Part shown: one piece after another, positions 36,828 through 46,376 of the stretch | How the letters are laid out: each line of letters opens with the position of its first letter | How positions within the stretch are numbered: position 1 is the stretch's first letter | Assembly: GCA_030704795.1 (NCBI GenBank) | Contig: JAUYCZ010000015.1 | Span: forward strand, 27,540-91,539 | DNA length: 64,000 nucleotides | DNA from: a bacterium | GTDB lineage: Bacteria; Patescibacteriota; Minisyncoccia; Minisyncoccales; GWA2-46-15 | Direction: 5' to 3' | Translations under genes and position numbers: made by a program | The notes under the pieces: generated by a model | Told to the model about the DNA's origin: nothing | Database searches by the model: none | What the model saw: the letters and a program-made list of their open reading frames with translations, nothing else

Positions 36828-38003
36828 ATGGAAATCTCACCTTTAGCTGACAAAATAAGGCCAAAAACCTTAGACCAAGTTATTGGCCAGGATCATTTAG
36901 TCGGAAAAGACAAGCCCATCCGCCGGATCATTGAAACCGGCCAGCTTTTTTCCATGATCTTCTGGGGACCGCCCGGTACCGGCAAAACCACGCTGGCTCG
37001 AATCATTGCCAATGAAACCAATGCCCATTTTGTTGAATACTCGGCGGTCAGTGCCAAAAAACAAGACGTGATGAACGTCATCAACGAAGCCCGAGAAGGG
37101 TTGAAAACCGCCCGGCAACGGACGGTTCTCTTTATTGACGAAATCCACCGCTTCAACAAGGCCCAGCAAGACGCTTTCCTGCCCTCCGTCGAAGACGGCA
37201 CCATTATTTTGATTGGCGCCACCACCGAAAACCCTTCTTTTGAAATTATCAGTCCCCTGCTTTCCCGCTGTCGGGTTTTCGTTTTGAATGAAATCCAAAA
37301 AGAAGATCTGGAGAAGATCATCGGCCGCGGGACCAAAAAACTAAAGATAAAAATCCCGAAAGACGCCCTGGAGTTCTTGGCTAATTTTGCCAACGGCGAC
37401 GCGCGGCAAGCCCTGAATCTTTTGGAAGCGACGGTTCAGCTCTACCAGAAAGTAACTATAGAAAATATCAAGTCAGCTCTGCAGAGTAAGTTTTTGCGAT
37501 ATGACAAAGCCGGCGAAGAACACTACAACACCATCTCGGCTTTTATTAAAAGCATGAGAGCTTCTAATGTTGACGCGGCCTTATACTATTTGGCCAGAAT
37601 GGTTGATTCGGGCGAAGATCCTCTCTTCATCGTCCGCCGCATGGTTATCTTTGCCTCCGAAGATATCGGCATCGCCCAGCCCACCGCCTTGGTGGTGGCT
37701 AACGAAGTCTTTCGCGCCTGCGAAACCATCGGCTATCCTGAATGCGCCATCAACCTGGCCCACGGCGTCGTCTATCTTTGCCAGGCTAAAAAAGACCGTT
37801 CTTCTTACGACGCCTATTTTAGAGCCTTGGAAGACGTCAAAAACTACGGCAACTTGCCCATTCCTTTAAAATTGAGAAATGCCCCGACCAAACTAATGAA
37901 GAACCTGGGCTACGGCCAGGGCTATCAGAAATACGACCAAGAAAGCCTGCTGCCGGAGGAATTAAAAGGGAAAAAGTACTACCGTGAAAAAGACAAAGAA
38001 TAG
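36828..38003 (+). CDS. rarA: Replication-associated recombination protein A
   Basis: WGPPGTGKTT, DEIHRFNKAQQD, GATTENP, ISAFIKS.R.S. Confidence 0.93.
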   Translation: MEISPLADKIRPKTLDQVIGQDHLVGKDKPIRRIIETGQLFSMIFWGPPGTGKTTLARIIANETNAHFVEYSAVSAKKQDVMNVINEAREGLKTARQRTVLFIDEIHRFNKAQQDAFLPSVEDGTIILIGATTENPSFEIISPLLSRCRVFVLNEIQKEDLEKIIGRGTKKLKIKIPKDALEFLANFANGDARQALNLLEATVQLYQKVTIENIKSALQSKFLRYDKAGEEHYNTISAFIKSMRASNVDAALYYLARMVDSGEDPLFIVRRMVIFASEDIGIAQPTALVVANEVFRACETIGYPECAINLAHGVVYLCQAKKDRSSYDAYFRALEDVKNYGNLPIPLKLRNAPTKLMKNLGYGQGYQKYDQESLLPEELKGKKYYREKDKE

Positions 38004-38598
38004 ACAATCAGAGATGAAACGCCATCTCAGCCGCGATCCAATCATGAAGCGCCTGGTTAGGCAATATGAATTGGAAGAACTCGAGAAAAAGAAAAATCTT
38101 TTTTCGGCTTTAACCTATGAAATCATCGGCCAGCAGCTTTCGGGCAAGGTAGCCCGGGTAATCCATTCTCGATTTCTCGACCTTTTCCCTAAAAAGAAAT
38201 TCCCCCAACCCAAAGATGTTTTAGAGCTTTCCGACAAAAGAATCCGCTCTTGCGGCTGCTCCTGGGCTAAAGTCAAATACCTCAAATCTCTGGCCCAATG
38301 CATTGCCAGCGGCCAGCTGAATTTGAAATCGCTCTACCGGGTTTCTGACGAAGCCGCCCGCGAACAGCTTTTGAGAGTTAAGGGCATCGGCCCCTGGACG
38401 GCGGAGATGTTTCTCATTTTTTCCCTCCACCGGCCCGACATTTTTTCGGTCGGTGATCTGGGATTGAGAAGCGCCGTCTCCAGGCTCTATAAAGTCCGGA
38501 AAGACGATCTTAAAAAGATTGAAAAAATTAGCGAGCGCTGGAAGCCCTTCCGTAGCTTTGCCTGTCGTTATCTTTGGGAATCCATTGATAACAAATAG
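37984..38598 (+). CDS. DNA-3-methyladenine glycosylase II (AlkA/HhH-GPD)
   Basis: IIGQQLS, VKGIGPWTAEM, D.F..GDLG. Confidence 0.88.
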   Translation: MKKTKNRQSEMKRHLSRDPIMKRLVRQYELEELEKKKNLFSALTYEIIGQQLSGKVARVIHSRFLDLFPKKKFPQPKDVLELSDKRIRSCGCSWAKVKYLKSLAQCIASGQLNLKSLYRVSDEAAREQLLRVKGIGPWTAEMFLIFSLHRPDIFSVGDLGLRSAVSRLYKVRKDDLKKIEKISERWKPFRSFACRYLWESIDNK

Positions 38599-38604
38599 AT
38601 ATCC

Positions 38605-39078
38605 ATGTTAGACACCAGCCCGGTTTTCGAGAAGATAAAAGCCTTGTTAGATCAAGGCCAGGTTCCCTATCAACTCTTTGAACACGAGCCGGTTTTTACA
38701 TCAGAGCAGGCCGCCAAAGTCAGAAACACGCCTCAAAAATTCGGGGCCAAAGCCATTGTTTTCCTGGCCGACAAGACTCCGGTTTTGGCTGTGGTCCCCG
38801 GAGACAAGAGAATCGATCTTAAGACTTTCAAAAAGCTTTACGGAATAAAAGACTTGCGGATTGCGAGTCCAGAGCAGGTCAAAGAGCTGACCGGCCTGGA
38901 GATTGGCGCCATCCCGCCCTTCGGCCACGCCATGAATCTGCCAACCTACCTCGACGAACAAATTACCCGGAACGAAATGATGGCCTTTAATATCGGCAGC
39001 CACACCAAATCGGTTCAGATGAAGCCGAAAGATTTTCTCCAGCTAGAAAAACCGATTATCGGCAACTTCAGCATTTAG
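38605..39078 (+). CDS. YbaK/ProX aminoacyl-tRNA editing domain protein
   Basis: HEPVFTSEQAA, GAKA, GAIPPFG. Confidence 0.85.
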   Translation: MLDTSPVFEKIKALLDQGQVPYQLFEHEPVFTSEQAAKVRNTPQKFGAKAIVFLADKTPVLAVVPGDKRIDLKTFKKLYGIKDLRIASPEQVKELTGLEIGAIPPFGHAMNLPTYLDEQITRNEMMAFNIGSHTKSVQMKPKDFLQLEKPIIGNFSI

Positions 39079-39200
39079 TCTCCACGAGCTCTGTTCTCAA
39101 AGGATATTCCCCTTAGAGTCGTAAAAAATAACGATAGCTAGCAACGTTTCTTTCCGGCATTTTTAATCTAAAAAGATTTTCTTACCTCGCCCCAACGAGG

Positions 39201-39554
39201 CTAAGATTTTCTTAAATTGTTTCTGCGTTTCTCTTTGGAATTGCGCAAAATGCGCTCGAGCTCTTCTTTAACCTCGTCAATGGCCGCTTCCAAATCGTAG
39301 TTCGTTGAAGTGGCCCTGAAATGCCGCTTGCCAGGCATGATAATGTCGCATTCGGCATACCAAATTCTGCCCTCTTTGTGGTGCTCGGTGGTCTTGGCCA
39401 GTTCGATCCAGGCGTGTACCGAAAGAGGACCCAGGCCGGGCCGTTCCGTTTCGGCTTTGTCTAAAAACTTGTCCAGCGATCCGATTTTCTTCTGGACGAG
39501 ATTCTTGATCCGTTCGTCGGGTTCGAGATTGGTAAATTTGATGTGAAAATCCAT
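39201..39554 (-). CDS. hpf: Ribosome hibernation factor HPF/RaiA
   Basis: I.FTN.E, KKI..L.KF, AE..I..PG, DL.AAID.V..ELE. Confidence 0.8.
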   Translation of the reverse strand: MDFHIKFTNLEPDERIKNLVQKKIGSLDKFLDKAETERPGLGPLSVHAWIELAKTTEHHKEGRIWYAECDIIMPGKRHFRATSTNYDLEAAIDEVKEELERILRNSKEKRRNNLRKS

Positions 39555-39575
39555 ATGACCTTATTATACCTTAAC

Positions 39576-41120
39576 TTACTTTAACTGATAAATATAGAGA
39601 AGGTCAGAATTATACCGGCTGATCTTAAAAACTGGATTAAGTTTGGAGTAACCAAAGGTTTGCTCTAAATTAGCTGGCAAGAATGTCTGACGGGTGAAAA
39701 ACATGAGATAGTCAGACCGGTTCGAACAGCCGAAAGAAAGGTCTGATCTGACGGGATAAAACTGCAGAAGGTGATCGGCCAAAGGAACGCAAACCAAGGC
39801 CCCCTCTCCGGCGTTCTGATTGAGCCAGTTCGCGCCCTGACGATAAGTGCTTCCCCAGTATTCAATTTCAAAATAGTTCTCGATCTGTCGGGGAACGATC
39901 CTTCTCAAAGCTTCGTTGAAATAGGCGTCGCCGTAGGGATAGACTGAGAAAAATTCAAAGGCCAGCTCAAAAAAGATCAGACAAGCCGCCGCCCAAACGA
40001 TCTTCCGGGCGCGTTCTGGATGCTTGGACAAAACCTTCGTCAGAAATCCCAAAAAGTGGTTGAGGCCCAAGCCCGCCATTATGGTCAAGGCCGGAAAAAT
40101 GATCAGGTAATGCCGGATGCCGTCATATTTGATGACGCCCGGCTTCATCGAGACCAAAACAGGAATGAATAGCCAAGATAAGAGCAAGCTGTTCTCCAAA
40201 ACCCTGTCTTTTTTCCAAAGGTTGCCAGCCACCGAAAACATGCCCGCCGCCCAAAAAATCAGAATTAGAATTGGCGTAGTAACGGCCAGGTAAACCCAGG
40301 CGTAATGCCAGGGCAATTGATTGGCGGAATAGACTTGGCCCAAGTACAAAACTTGACCTTGCCAACCGTGGTGCAAAAAGAAATTGACCGATTTAAAAAA
40401 CAACCCGGGGTCTGACCAGAGAGCGGGCCAAGCCAGAAAAACCGTCACCGCCGACGCACCGAGAAAGGTCGCAATTAAAACCAGGTTCTTTTTTAAATCA
40501 GGCCAAAAGACAAGGGTGAAAGGAATGAAAAAGATGGGTAAAACCATCAGGGCGTTGACTCGGGTCGCCAAGGCCAAGCCGAAAAATAAACCCGCCGCGA
40601 CCGAAAACCAGATTCTTTTTTCTTTGAAGACTCGGTAAAGAAAAAAGAGACAAATCAAAGAAAAAACGGCCACCGGGATATCTTTAGAATTGTAGAAACC
40701 ATGGGCAATAAAACGGGGTGAAAATATCAGCAACAACAAGGCCCAAAGAGCGACTTTTCCGCCGAACATTGTTTTGGCGAATAGATAAAGGAAAAACAGG
40801 CCGGCCACCATAGTCAGAAGAATCAAGAGGTGAAAAGCGTCAATGTAGCCCAGGCCAAAGAGATTAGCGACGGCTCGGCCAAAAAACTGATTAACAATCT
40901 CGAAAAAAGAACCATAATAGATTAAATCGTCTCGCAAAAGCTCGATTTTCGGGGTTTGTCCTTGCAGCCACTTGAGGGTGGCATTAGCCAAATGATGCTG
41001 GGCCGCCTCGTCCCAAACCATTCCGTGAGAAGAAATAGTAGCCAGGCCAAAGATTAAGAACAAACCGATAGCGGCCACGGCGATTAAGTTACTTTTTTCG
41101 GAAAAGAATTTTATTATCAT
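39576..41120 (-). CDS. GT-C (ArnT/PMT-like) glycosyltransferase
   Basis: WDE, YNSKDIP, LPWHY, YDGIRH, EYWG; probable start MIIKF 41120. Confidence 0.75.
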   Translation of the reverse strand: MIIKFFSEKSNLIAVAAIGLFLIFGLATISSHGMVWDEAAQHHLANATLKWLQGQTPKIELLRDDLIYYGSFFEIVNQFFGRAVANLFGLGYIDAFHLLILLTMVAGLFFLYLFAKTMFGGKVALWALLLLIFSPRFIAHGFYNSKDIPVAVFSLICLFFLYRVFKEKRIWFSVAAGLFFGLALATRVNALMVLPIFFIPFTLVFWPDLKKNLVLIATFLGASAVTVFLAWPALWSDPGLFFKSVNFFLHHGWQGQVLYLGQVYSANQLPWHYAWVYLAVTTPILILIFWAAGMFSVAGNLWKKDRVLENSLLLSWLFIPVLVSMKPGVIKYDGIRHYLIIFPALTIMAGLGLNHFLGFLTKVLSKHPERARKIVWAAACLIFFELAFEFFSVYPYGDAYFNEALRRIVPRQIENYFEIEYWGSTYRQGANWLNQNAGEGALVCVPLADHLLQFYPVRSDLSFGCSNRSDYLMFFTRQTFLPANLEQTFGYSKLNPVFKISRYNSDLLYIYQLK

Positions 41121-42121
41121 TAGAGACGCACCAACTTTTCCAACCAGGGAATGTGCTGATTTCTTCTTTTCCACCAGATGTCTTCCCAAACATAATGAAC
41201 CGCCAAGTTCTTCCACTCTCCCCACCTATCAAAACGCTTGAGCATTCTGTCCACCGGCACTAATTTTTTCTCCCAGTCTTGGTTAAAGAAAATCCGATTG
41301 TAGATTTTCTGTTCCCAGGGCGAAATGTGTTTCAGATAATCCCAGCGATGAAAAACGTCGAGCATGATGTAGCCGACCGAAGCCGGGCCGATGCCATAGA
41401 GAGAGATCAAAGCTTTTTCTTGTTCTTCTGGCGGCGCCTGCCTCAACTTCATTTCATCGGTTTGCGCTTGCCCTGAGCTTGTCGAAGGGGCAAACGATTC
41501 GGATACTTTGATTAACGATTTTGCCCGGTAGCCCATTTTCAATTCCCGCAATTTTTGCTCTAAGGACGACTCGGCCAAGGCTTTCGGTTCCCAAAAGCAC
41601 CATAATTTCTCTCCGGCAAATTCCAAAAGTGTACCGTAGTTCTCAAAAAGCGCCTGCATCATGTAGACCGATCGTCTGACCGTGGCGTTCTGAAGAACGA
41701 TGGCAATAATCAGATACTCATATAAAGAACCGTGATGCATGGGCCGCAAACCGTAAAACCGCTTAATGGCCGGCTTTAAAAGAGGGTCCTTGCCAAGTTC
41801 GCGGTAAAAGCCGGACAAGTCCAAGTTTAGGTTGTAGCGCCAAATCACCTCGTTTTTAACCGAATTGATAAATTCTAAAGATAATTTTTTCTCAGAGAAA
41901 ATGGAAACTTTAACTTTGGGCTTGGATGGTGTCCCGGCATTTCCAAAAACCGTGCCCAACTTCTCCCCCTTCCAAAACATGGTCTGCCACCGCTTACCGC
42001 CGGCCTCGGCCCACTTCATGTCTTTTGACGGAAAATGCCCCGGCTTGAAAAACGTCGAGTCAAAATGAAACGGCTTAGTAGAAATAATTTCAATCGTTTT
42101 GCGGCACCTCATGGATATCAT
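41120..42121 (-). CDS. HhH-GPD DNA glycosylase (OGG/AlkA-like)
   Basis: IVLQNA, MGYRAK, LYGIGPAS. Confidence 0.75.
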   Translation of the reverse strand: MISMRCRKTIEIISTKPFHFDSTFFKPGHFPSKDMKWAEAGGKRWQTMFWKGEKLGTVFGNAGTPSKPKVKVSIFSEKKLSLEFINSVKNEVIWRYNLNLDLSGFYRELGKDPLLKPAIKRFYGLRPMHHGSLYEYLIIAIVLQNATVRRSVYMMQALFENYGTLLEFAGEKLWCFWEPKALAESSLEQKLRELKMGYRAKSLIKVSESFAPSTSSGQAQTDEMKLRQAPPEEQEKALISLYGIGPASVGYIMLDVFHRWDYLKHISPWEQKIYNRIFFNQDWEKKLVPVDRMLKRFDRWGEWKNLAVHYVWEDIWWKRRNQHIPWLEKLVRL

Positions 42122-42125
42122 AAAA

Positions 42126-42881
42126 TCAAAGATTTAATTCTATTCCCGCAGAACAATGGTCAGAGCCTAAAATCTCGGGCAAGATAAAAGTCTTTTTCAA
42201 TCTCGGCAGCAATGGTTTAGAGATAAAACAATAGTCAATGCGCCAGCCAATGTTTCTCTGCCGGGCCAAAGCAAAATACGGCCACCAGGTGTAATGACCG
42301 CCATCTTTATGAAAAACACGGAAAGCATCAACGAAACCCAAACCGACCAGTTTATCAATCTGTTTTCTTTCCTCTGAAGTAAACATAATGTTGTTTTGAT
42401 TCTGCTTGGGCCGGGCCAAATCAATTTCCTGGTGAGCGATATTAAAATCACCAGTTAAAATCAAGTGTTTATTTTTAATTTTGTTCAGGTATTTCAAAAA
42501 AAACCGGTAAGTTTCCAATTTATAATCCAAGTTTTCTTTTTGTCGGCCGCCGTGGGGAAAGTAAAAATTAATCAGGATAAACTTCGAGAACGTCAGCTTC
42601 AGAAACCTTCCCTCCTGATCAAACCTGACCAGGCCGGTTTTGTCTTCCACGAGCTTCGGCTTTTCTTTGGTCAAGACGGCCACCCCGCTGTAACCCGGTT
42701 TCTGGGCGCAATTAAAAAAGAGGTGATAACCCTTTGGAATTGTTAACTCCTCCAATTGCTCTGGCTGAATCTTAATTTCCTGTAGACACAAAATATCGGG
42801 TTTGACTTTGGCAATAAAATTCAAAAATCCCTTTTTGTAAACGCTCCTGATGCCATTAACGTTCCAAGTAATAATTTTCAT
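42126..42881 (-). CDS. xth: Exodeoxyribonuclease III / AP endonuclease
   Basis: WNVNG, LQE.K, GDFN.AH, GWRIDY, SDH. Confidence 0.92.
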   Translation of the reverse strand: MKIITWNVNGIRSVYKKGFLNFIAKVKPDILCLQEIKIQPEQLEELTIPKGYHLFFNCAQKPGYSGVAVLTKEKPKLVEDKTGLVRFDQEGRFLKLTFSKFILINFYFPHGGRQKENLDYKLETYRFFLKYLNKIKNKHLILTGDFNIAHQEIDLARPKQNQNNIMFTSEERKQIDKLVGLGFVDAFRVFHKDGGHYTWWPYFALARQRNIGWRIDYCFISKPLLPRLKKTFILPEILGSDHCSAGIELNL

Positions 42882-42884
42882 CTC

Positions 42885-43001
42885 TTAAGCGTAATCTTTG
42901 CCGGTGAAAAGCTCACGGATGATGTCTTCGATGGCCGGTTCCTCAATCAATAAATCCGCCGCTGGCAATTGTTCCAGAGCACAGGCCGTCGTTCTGCTAT
43001 A
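42885..43001 (-). pseudogene. C-terminal remnant of ABC-2 ATP-binding protein
   Basis: YSRTTACALEQLPAADLLIEEPAIEDIIRELFTGKDYA*; no start codon. Confidence 0.55.
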
Positions 43002-43004
43002 TCA

Positions 43005-44213
43005 TTACCGAGTGGCGGCAAAAGCGTTCACCAGTCCCCAACCATAGAGATTATCAGGTCCGGCAATACCAAGATCGGTCACAGTTGCCTGGAGTTTTGC
43101 CTGAACTTCATCCGGATCCCATACACTGTTAGCATTCGCATCGTAAGAGCCAACTGGGGTGTTTAAGACGAGTGCAACAGAGCCAGTAACATGAGGCGCA
43201 GCCATGGAAGTTCCGAAAAGAGTAGCGTAACCCGTGCCTTTGTAGGTGGAATAGATGCTCACGCCAGGAGCAGCCAAGTCAACTTCGGGGCCGCGGCTGG
43301 ACCACGAAGCAATGACATTGTTCTGGTCGGTGGCCGAAACCGCAATTGCCTCCGGATAGGCCGCCGGAAAGATGACCGAAGGATCACTACTTTCACCACT
43401 ATTCCCCGCGGCCGCCACGACTACAATGCCAGCACCCTTAGCGGCAATCACGGCATCGTGAAGTGATTGAACATCCGAAGCCGTACCCAAGCTCATATTA
43501 ATAACCTGCATACCATTCGCCATCGCCCATTGAATCCCCTCAATCACATCAGAAAGATAACCCGAGCCGCTCGCGCTCAAGACCTTGATGGCATAAAGAT
43601 CAATTTTGGGTCCAACGCCAATCACGCCAATTTCGTTATCAAGGCCGGCAGTAATTCCGGCTACATGCGAACCATGGCCGTTATCATCATTCCAACTTTT
43701 TCGAGGATTAATAGTGTTTACGCCACCCTTGATGTTCGCTTTCAGGTCTGGATGATCTTTCGAGATACCTGTATCAATAATGCCAACTTTGATCGGGTCA
43801 GCGGTGTTGGGCCAGACTTTTTCAGCGTCAATTCTATCTACTCCCCAGGGCAAAACTTCAGCTGGCTGAGTTGGAGCAGGTTTAAAAGATCTGGCAGAAA
43901 TACCGCCTCTAATTAAAGCTTCAACCACGACATCATCTTCCACTCGCACAACACCGGGAGAAGCCGCTAATTTTGCGGCCGCGGAACGATCCGGCACCCA
44001 CACCGCTTTGGCGCCAATGAGATCAAGATTCTTTAATTTAGCGCCGCCTGCCCGGATAATTAATTCATCTTTCGCCGCGTCTTTTAGGGCTTTGCTGAAG
44101 ACGACAATCTTACGTCCGCCGCCGCCATTGGATTGAGCCACGGCTTGAACCACAAATAAAGCCAGGCCAAAAATGGCCGTGAGAGTTATTACTCCTAAAA
44201 TAATTTTTTTCAT
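43005..44213 (-). CDS. Secreted subtilisin-like S8 protease with prodomain
   Basis: IIDTGI, HGSHVAG, GTSMAAPHV; signal peptide. Confidence 0.93.
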   Translation of the reverse strand: MKKIILGVITLTAIFGLALFVVQAVAQSNGGGGRKIVVFSKALKDAAKDELIIRAGGAKLKNLDLIGAKAVWVPDRSAAAKLAASPGVVRVEDDVVVEALIRGGISARSFKPAPTQPAEVLPWGVDRIDAEKVWPNTADPIKVGIIDTGISKDHPDLKANIKGGVNTINPRKSWNDDNGHGSHVAGITAGLDNEIGVIGVGPKIDLYAIKVLSASGSGYLSDVIEGIQWAMANGMQVINMSLGTASDVQSLHDAVIAAKGAGIVVVAAAGNSGESSDPSVIFPAAYPEAIAVSATDQNNVIASWSSRGPEVDLAAPGVSIYSTYKGTGYATLFGTSMAAPHVTGSVALVLNTPVGSYDANANSVWDPDEVQAKLQATVTDLGIAGPDNLYGWGLVNAFAATR

Positions 44214-44270
44214 ATCAATTATGCGTTTAATAGATATTTTATTTCGACCTTTTAATTTGATAAATTAAGG

Positions 44271-45017
44271 TTATTTTCTCCCCGGCTTTGTTGGAGAAGC
44301 ACTGAAATAATTGTCTAATCCTTGAAAAAGAGCGCCCGCTTCCTGGTTTACTCTATCTCCATTAAGAACGAATTTAGCAGATCCGTCAGAATTAGAACAA
44401 ACTTGGGTTGATGTTCCGTTTAGATATTGTTGAGCCTCCCCCTCATTCGTAATATAGTATGCCTCAGTTAAAGCAGAAACTAAATGGCCATAAACTGTCA
44501 TTCCGTAACCGCCGTGGTCTAGGCCCTCATTATTTCCAGTGAGTGGCACTAAGGCCTCAAGTAAAGCCTTGGCTAACGGTATGTCTTGTTTCTCATTATA
44601 GATTACCATTGTTCCATCGTAAGTAGAGTCAATTGAGCCATTGTGGTGAACCGAAACTAAGGCATCGCATTTCCTGCCATATAAACTTTTGCATTCTTCT
44701 ATTGCCATATCAACTCTACTTTTTCGACTGGAAATGGTCTCATCGCATTTTCGAGTTAAAACAACTGTGGCACCGGCCCCTTCTAATTTTGCTTTTAAGG
44801 CATAAACCACTGCTAAATTGACATCTTTTTCATAAATCTGGGCATTTTCTCCAGAGTTTGCCGGATATTGTGCTCCTAATTCCGTTCCGCCATGACCGGC
44901 ATCCAGAGCAATAATTTTTCCCTGAAGAGAAGTCTGAGCTGAAATCATTCCGGTCGCAACTAAACCAACCAATGTTATCGAACCCAAAACTATTAATCCA
45001 ATTTTTATCTTTCCCAT
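44271..45017 (-). CDS. Secreted N-acetylmuramoyl-L-alanine amidase (Amidase_3)
   Basis: LDAGHGG, EKDVNL, LTR, VSVHHN, LTE. Confidence 0.88.
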   Translation of the reverse strand: MGKIKIGLIVLGSITLVGLVATGMISAQTSLQGKIIALDAGHGGTELGAQYPANSGENAQIYEKDVNLAVVYALKAKLEGAGATVVLTRKCDETISSRKSRVDMAIEECKSLYGRKCDALVSVHHNGSIDSTYDGTMVIYNEKQDIPLAKALLEALVPLTGNNEGLDHGGYGMTVYGHLVSALTEAYYITNEGEAQQYLNGTSTQVCSNSDGSAKFVLNGDRVNQEAGALFQGLDNYFSASPTKPGRK

Positions 45018-45249
45018 ATTTTAATTAAAAATTAAATTCTAAACGATTGACCTTTGATTTAGAGTTTTTTCTCTAATCTACTAAAAGTTTAAAACATTTT
45101 GTTGTAAAAAGCAATAAGTCAACTGTTCAAAGTCGGACCTTAAACACTGTTTAAAAGAGGAATTTGTTGACATTTCTTTTGGGTTTTGTAATGAAGATAA
45201 TAGAACCTTTAACAATTCCTGAAACACATAGACAGAGAGGAGGAAGACG

Positions 45250-46137
45250 ATGGCTCTAAAAGAAGGATGGCCCGCCATTCGGGCAGAATGGTTGTGGGAC
45301 TGGCAAAAAAGGGGAACCCTCAAGACGGTTTCTCTTTTCGGAACAAAAGTGCTTATTGTTGCCGAAAATGCCCGCCCAAGAAAGACCTGTTATCGAATAA
45401 AGGGGGAGAAAACCTATAGAGTCCTGACTCGCTACTGGCTGGGAAAGGGAGTCCTTCTCGTTCCCCGGTGGGATCCATTGGAATTTCATTATGACCCTGT
45501 TGCCGATGGGGAAGTGGAAATCCTGGATTCCACAGAACGAAAGGAAAGAGGCATTTATCGCCAAGACAGCGGAGACCTTTTAGTGCTTATCTATCAGCAC
45601 CTTGAGGATGCTCTGCACTTTCAGCGCCAGCAATGGCATATGTCGCTTGAAAGTTATCCCGAAGAACTCCAGCAGATTTTCAACAGTCTCGCCAAGATTG
45701 AAGAAAAGGCGTTGGAATTCAGCGGGGACGGACTCAGGGGTTTGGATTATCGGCAACGAAGGGAGGAAATCAACCGCATCCTTACATGCTTAGCAGGGAG
45801 AGAAAAAGCAGCGGCAATTCTCTTGAGGCTTTTCGATGAAGAGATTACCCTTGCCCAGAAATGTCTCCTTGCTACCCTTTCCAGCCAGACGGTAAAAGAT
45901 TTGCTGAAAGGCAGTTCCGTCAATGACGAAGGTTTGAGGGCTTATCTGGTTAAAATTTATCAGAATCTTAGCCAGATAGGCGTTAAGCCGATCGTCAAAC
46001 CTCTTGATTTGGCACAGCGCCAGATTAGAGCGGCCCTGGGCAGCCTTGATGTCGGGGAAACCAGCAGAATGGTTCATCACATCAAGCTGACGATAAAAAG
46101 CTTGGAGGAGGCAGGAAAAAGCCTTCAACGGCCATAA
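45250..46137 (+). CDS. Hypothetical protein
   Basis: 295-aa ORF with GAGGAGG SD and downstream hairpin. Confidence 0.65.
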   Translation: MALKEGWPAIRAEWLWDWQKRGTLKTVSLFGTKVLIVAENARPRKTCYRIKGEKTYRVLTRYWLGKGVLLVPRWDPLEFHYDPVADGEVEILDSTERKERGIYRQDSGDLLVLIYQHLEDALHFQRQQWHMSLESYPEELQQIFNSLAKIEEKALEFSGDGLRGLDYRQRREEINRILTCLAGREKAAAILLRLFDEEITLAQKCLLATLSSQTVKDLLKGSSVNDEGLRAYLVKIYQNLSQIGVKPIVKPLDLAQRQIRAALGSLDVGETSRMVHHIKLTIKSLEEAGKSLQRP

Positions 46138-46140
46138 CCT

Positions 46141-46181
46141 AAACAATTGGGTTATCCTGAATAGGATAACCCAATTTGTTT
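46141..46181. terminator. Bidirectional hairpin terminator
   Basis: AATTGGGTTATCCT/AGGATAACCCAATT between convergent units. Confidence 0.7.
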
Positions 46182-46204
46182 TCATCTTAAGCAAATTTTA
46201 ACAT

Positions 46205-46376
46205 TGGAGCGGGCGTGTGGTTGGATGACCACACGAACCCGTCTATCCCCGCCCTTAATTAAATAGCGGGTAAGGGGAGTCGAACCCCTCTCACAATCTT
46301 GGGAAGATTGGGTAATACCGCTATACGATACCCGCAGATTTAAGGGCGGGGCGCACTACCACTGTGCTAATCCCGC
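46205..46376 (-). ncRNA. tRNA-Gly-like shell enclosing the intact tRNA-Gly
   Basis: 5' GCGGGATTAGCACAGTGGTAGTGCG; 12-bp stem CCCCGCCCTTAA/TTAAGGGCGGGG; 3' ACGGGTTCG...CCCGCTCCA. Confidence 0.6.
46265..46335 (-). tRNA. tRNA-Gly(CCC)
   Basis: GCGGGTA/TACCCGC; CAATC-TT-CCC-AA-GATTG; AGGGG-TTCGACT-CCCCT. Confidence 0.92.

Noticed and set aside
46205-46376. tmRNA or selenocysteine tRNA
   Set aside because: Gly-type acceptor, no tag ORF or UCA anticodon
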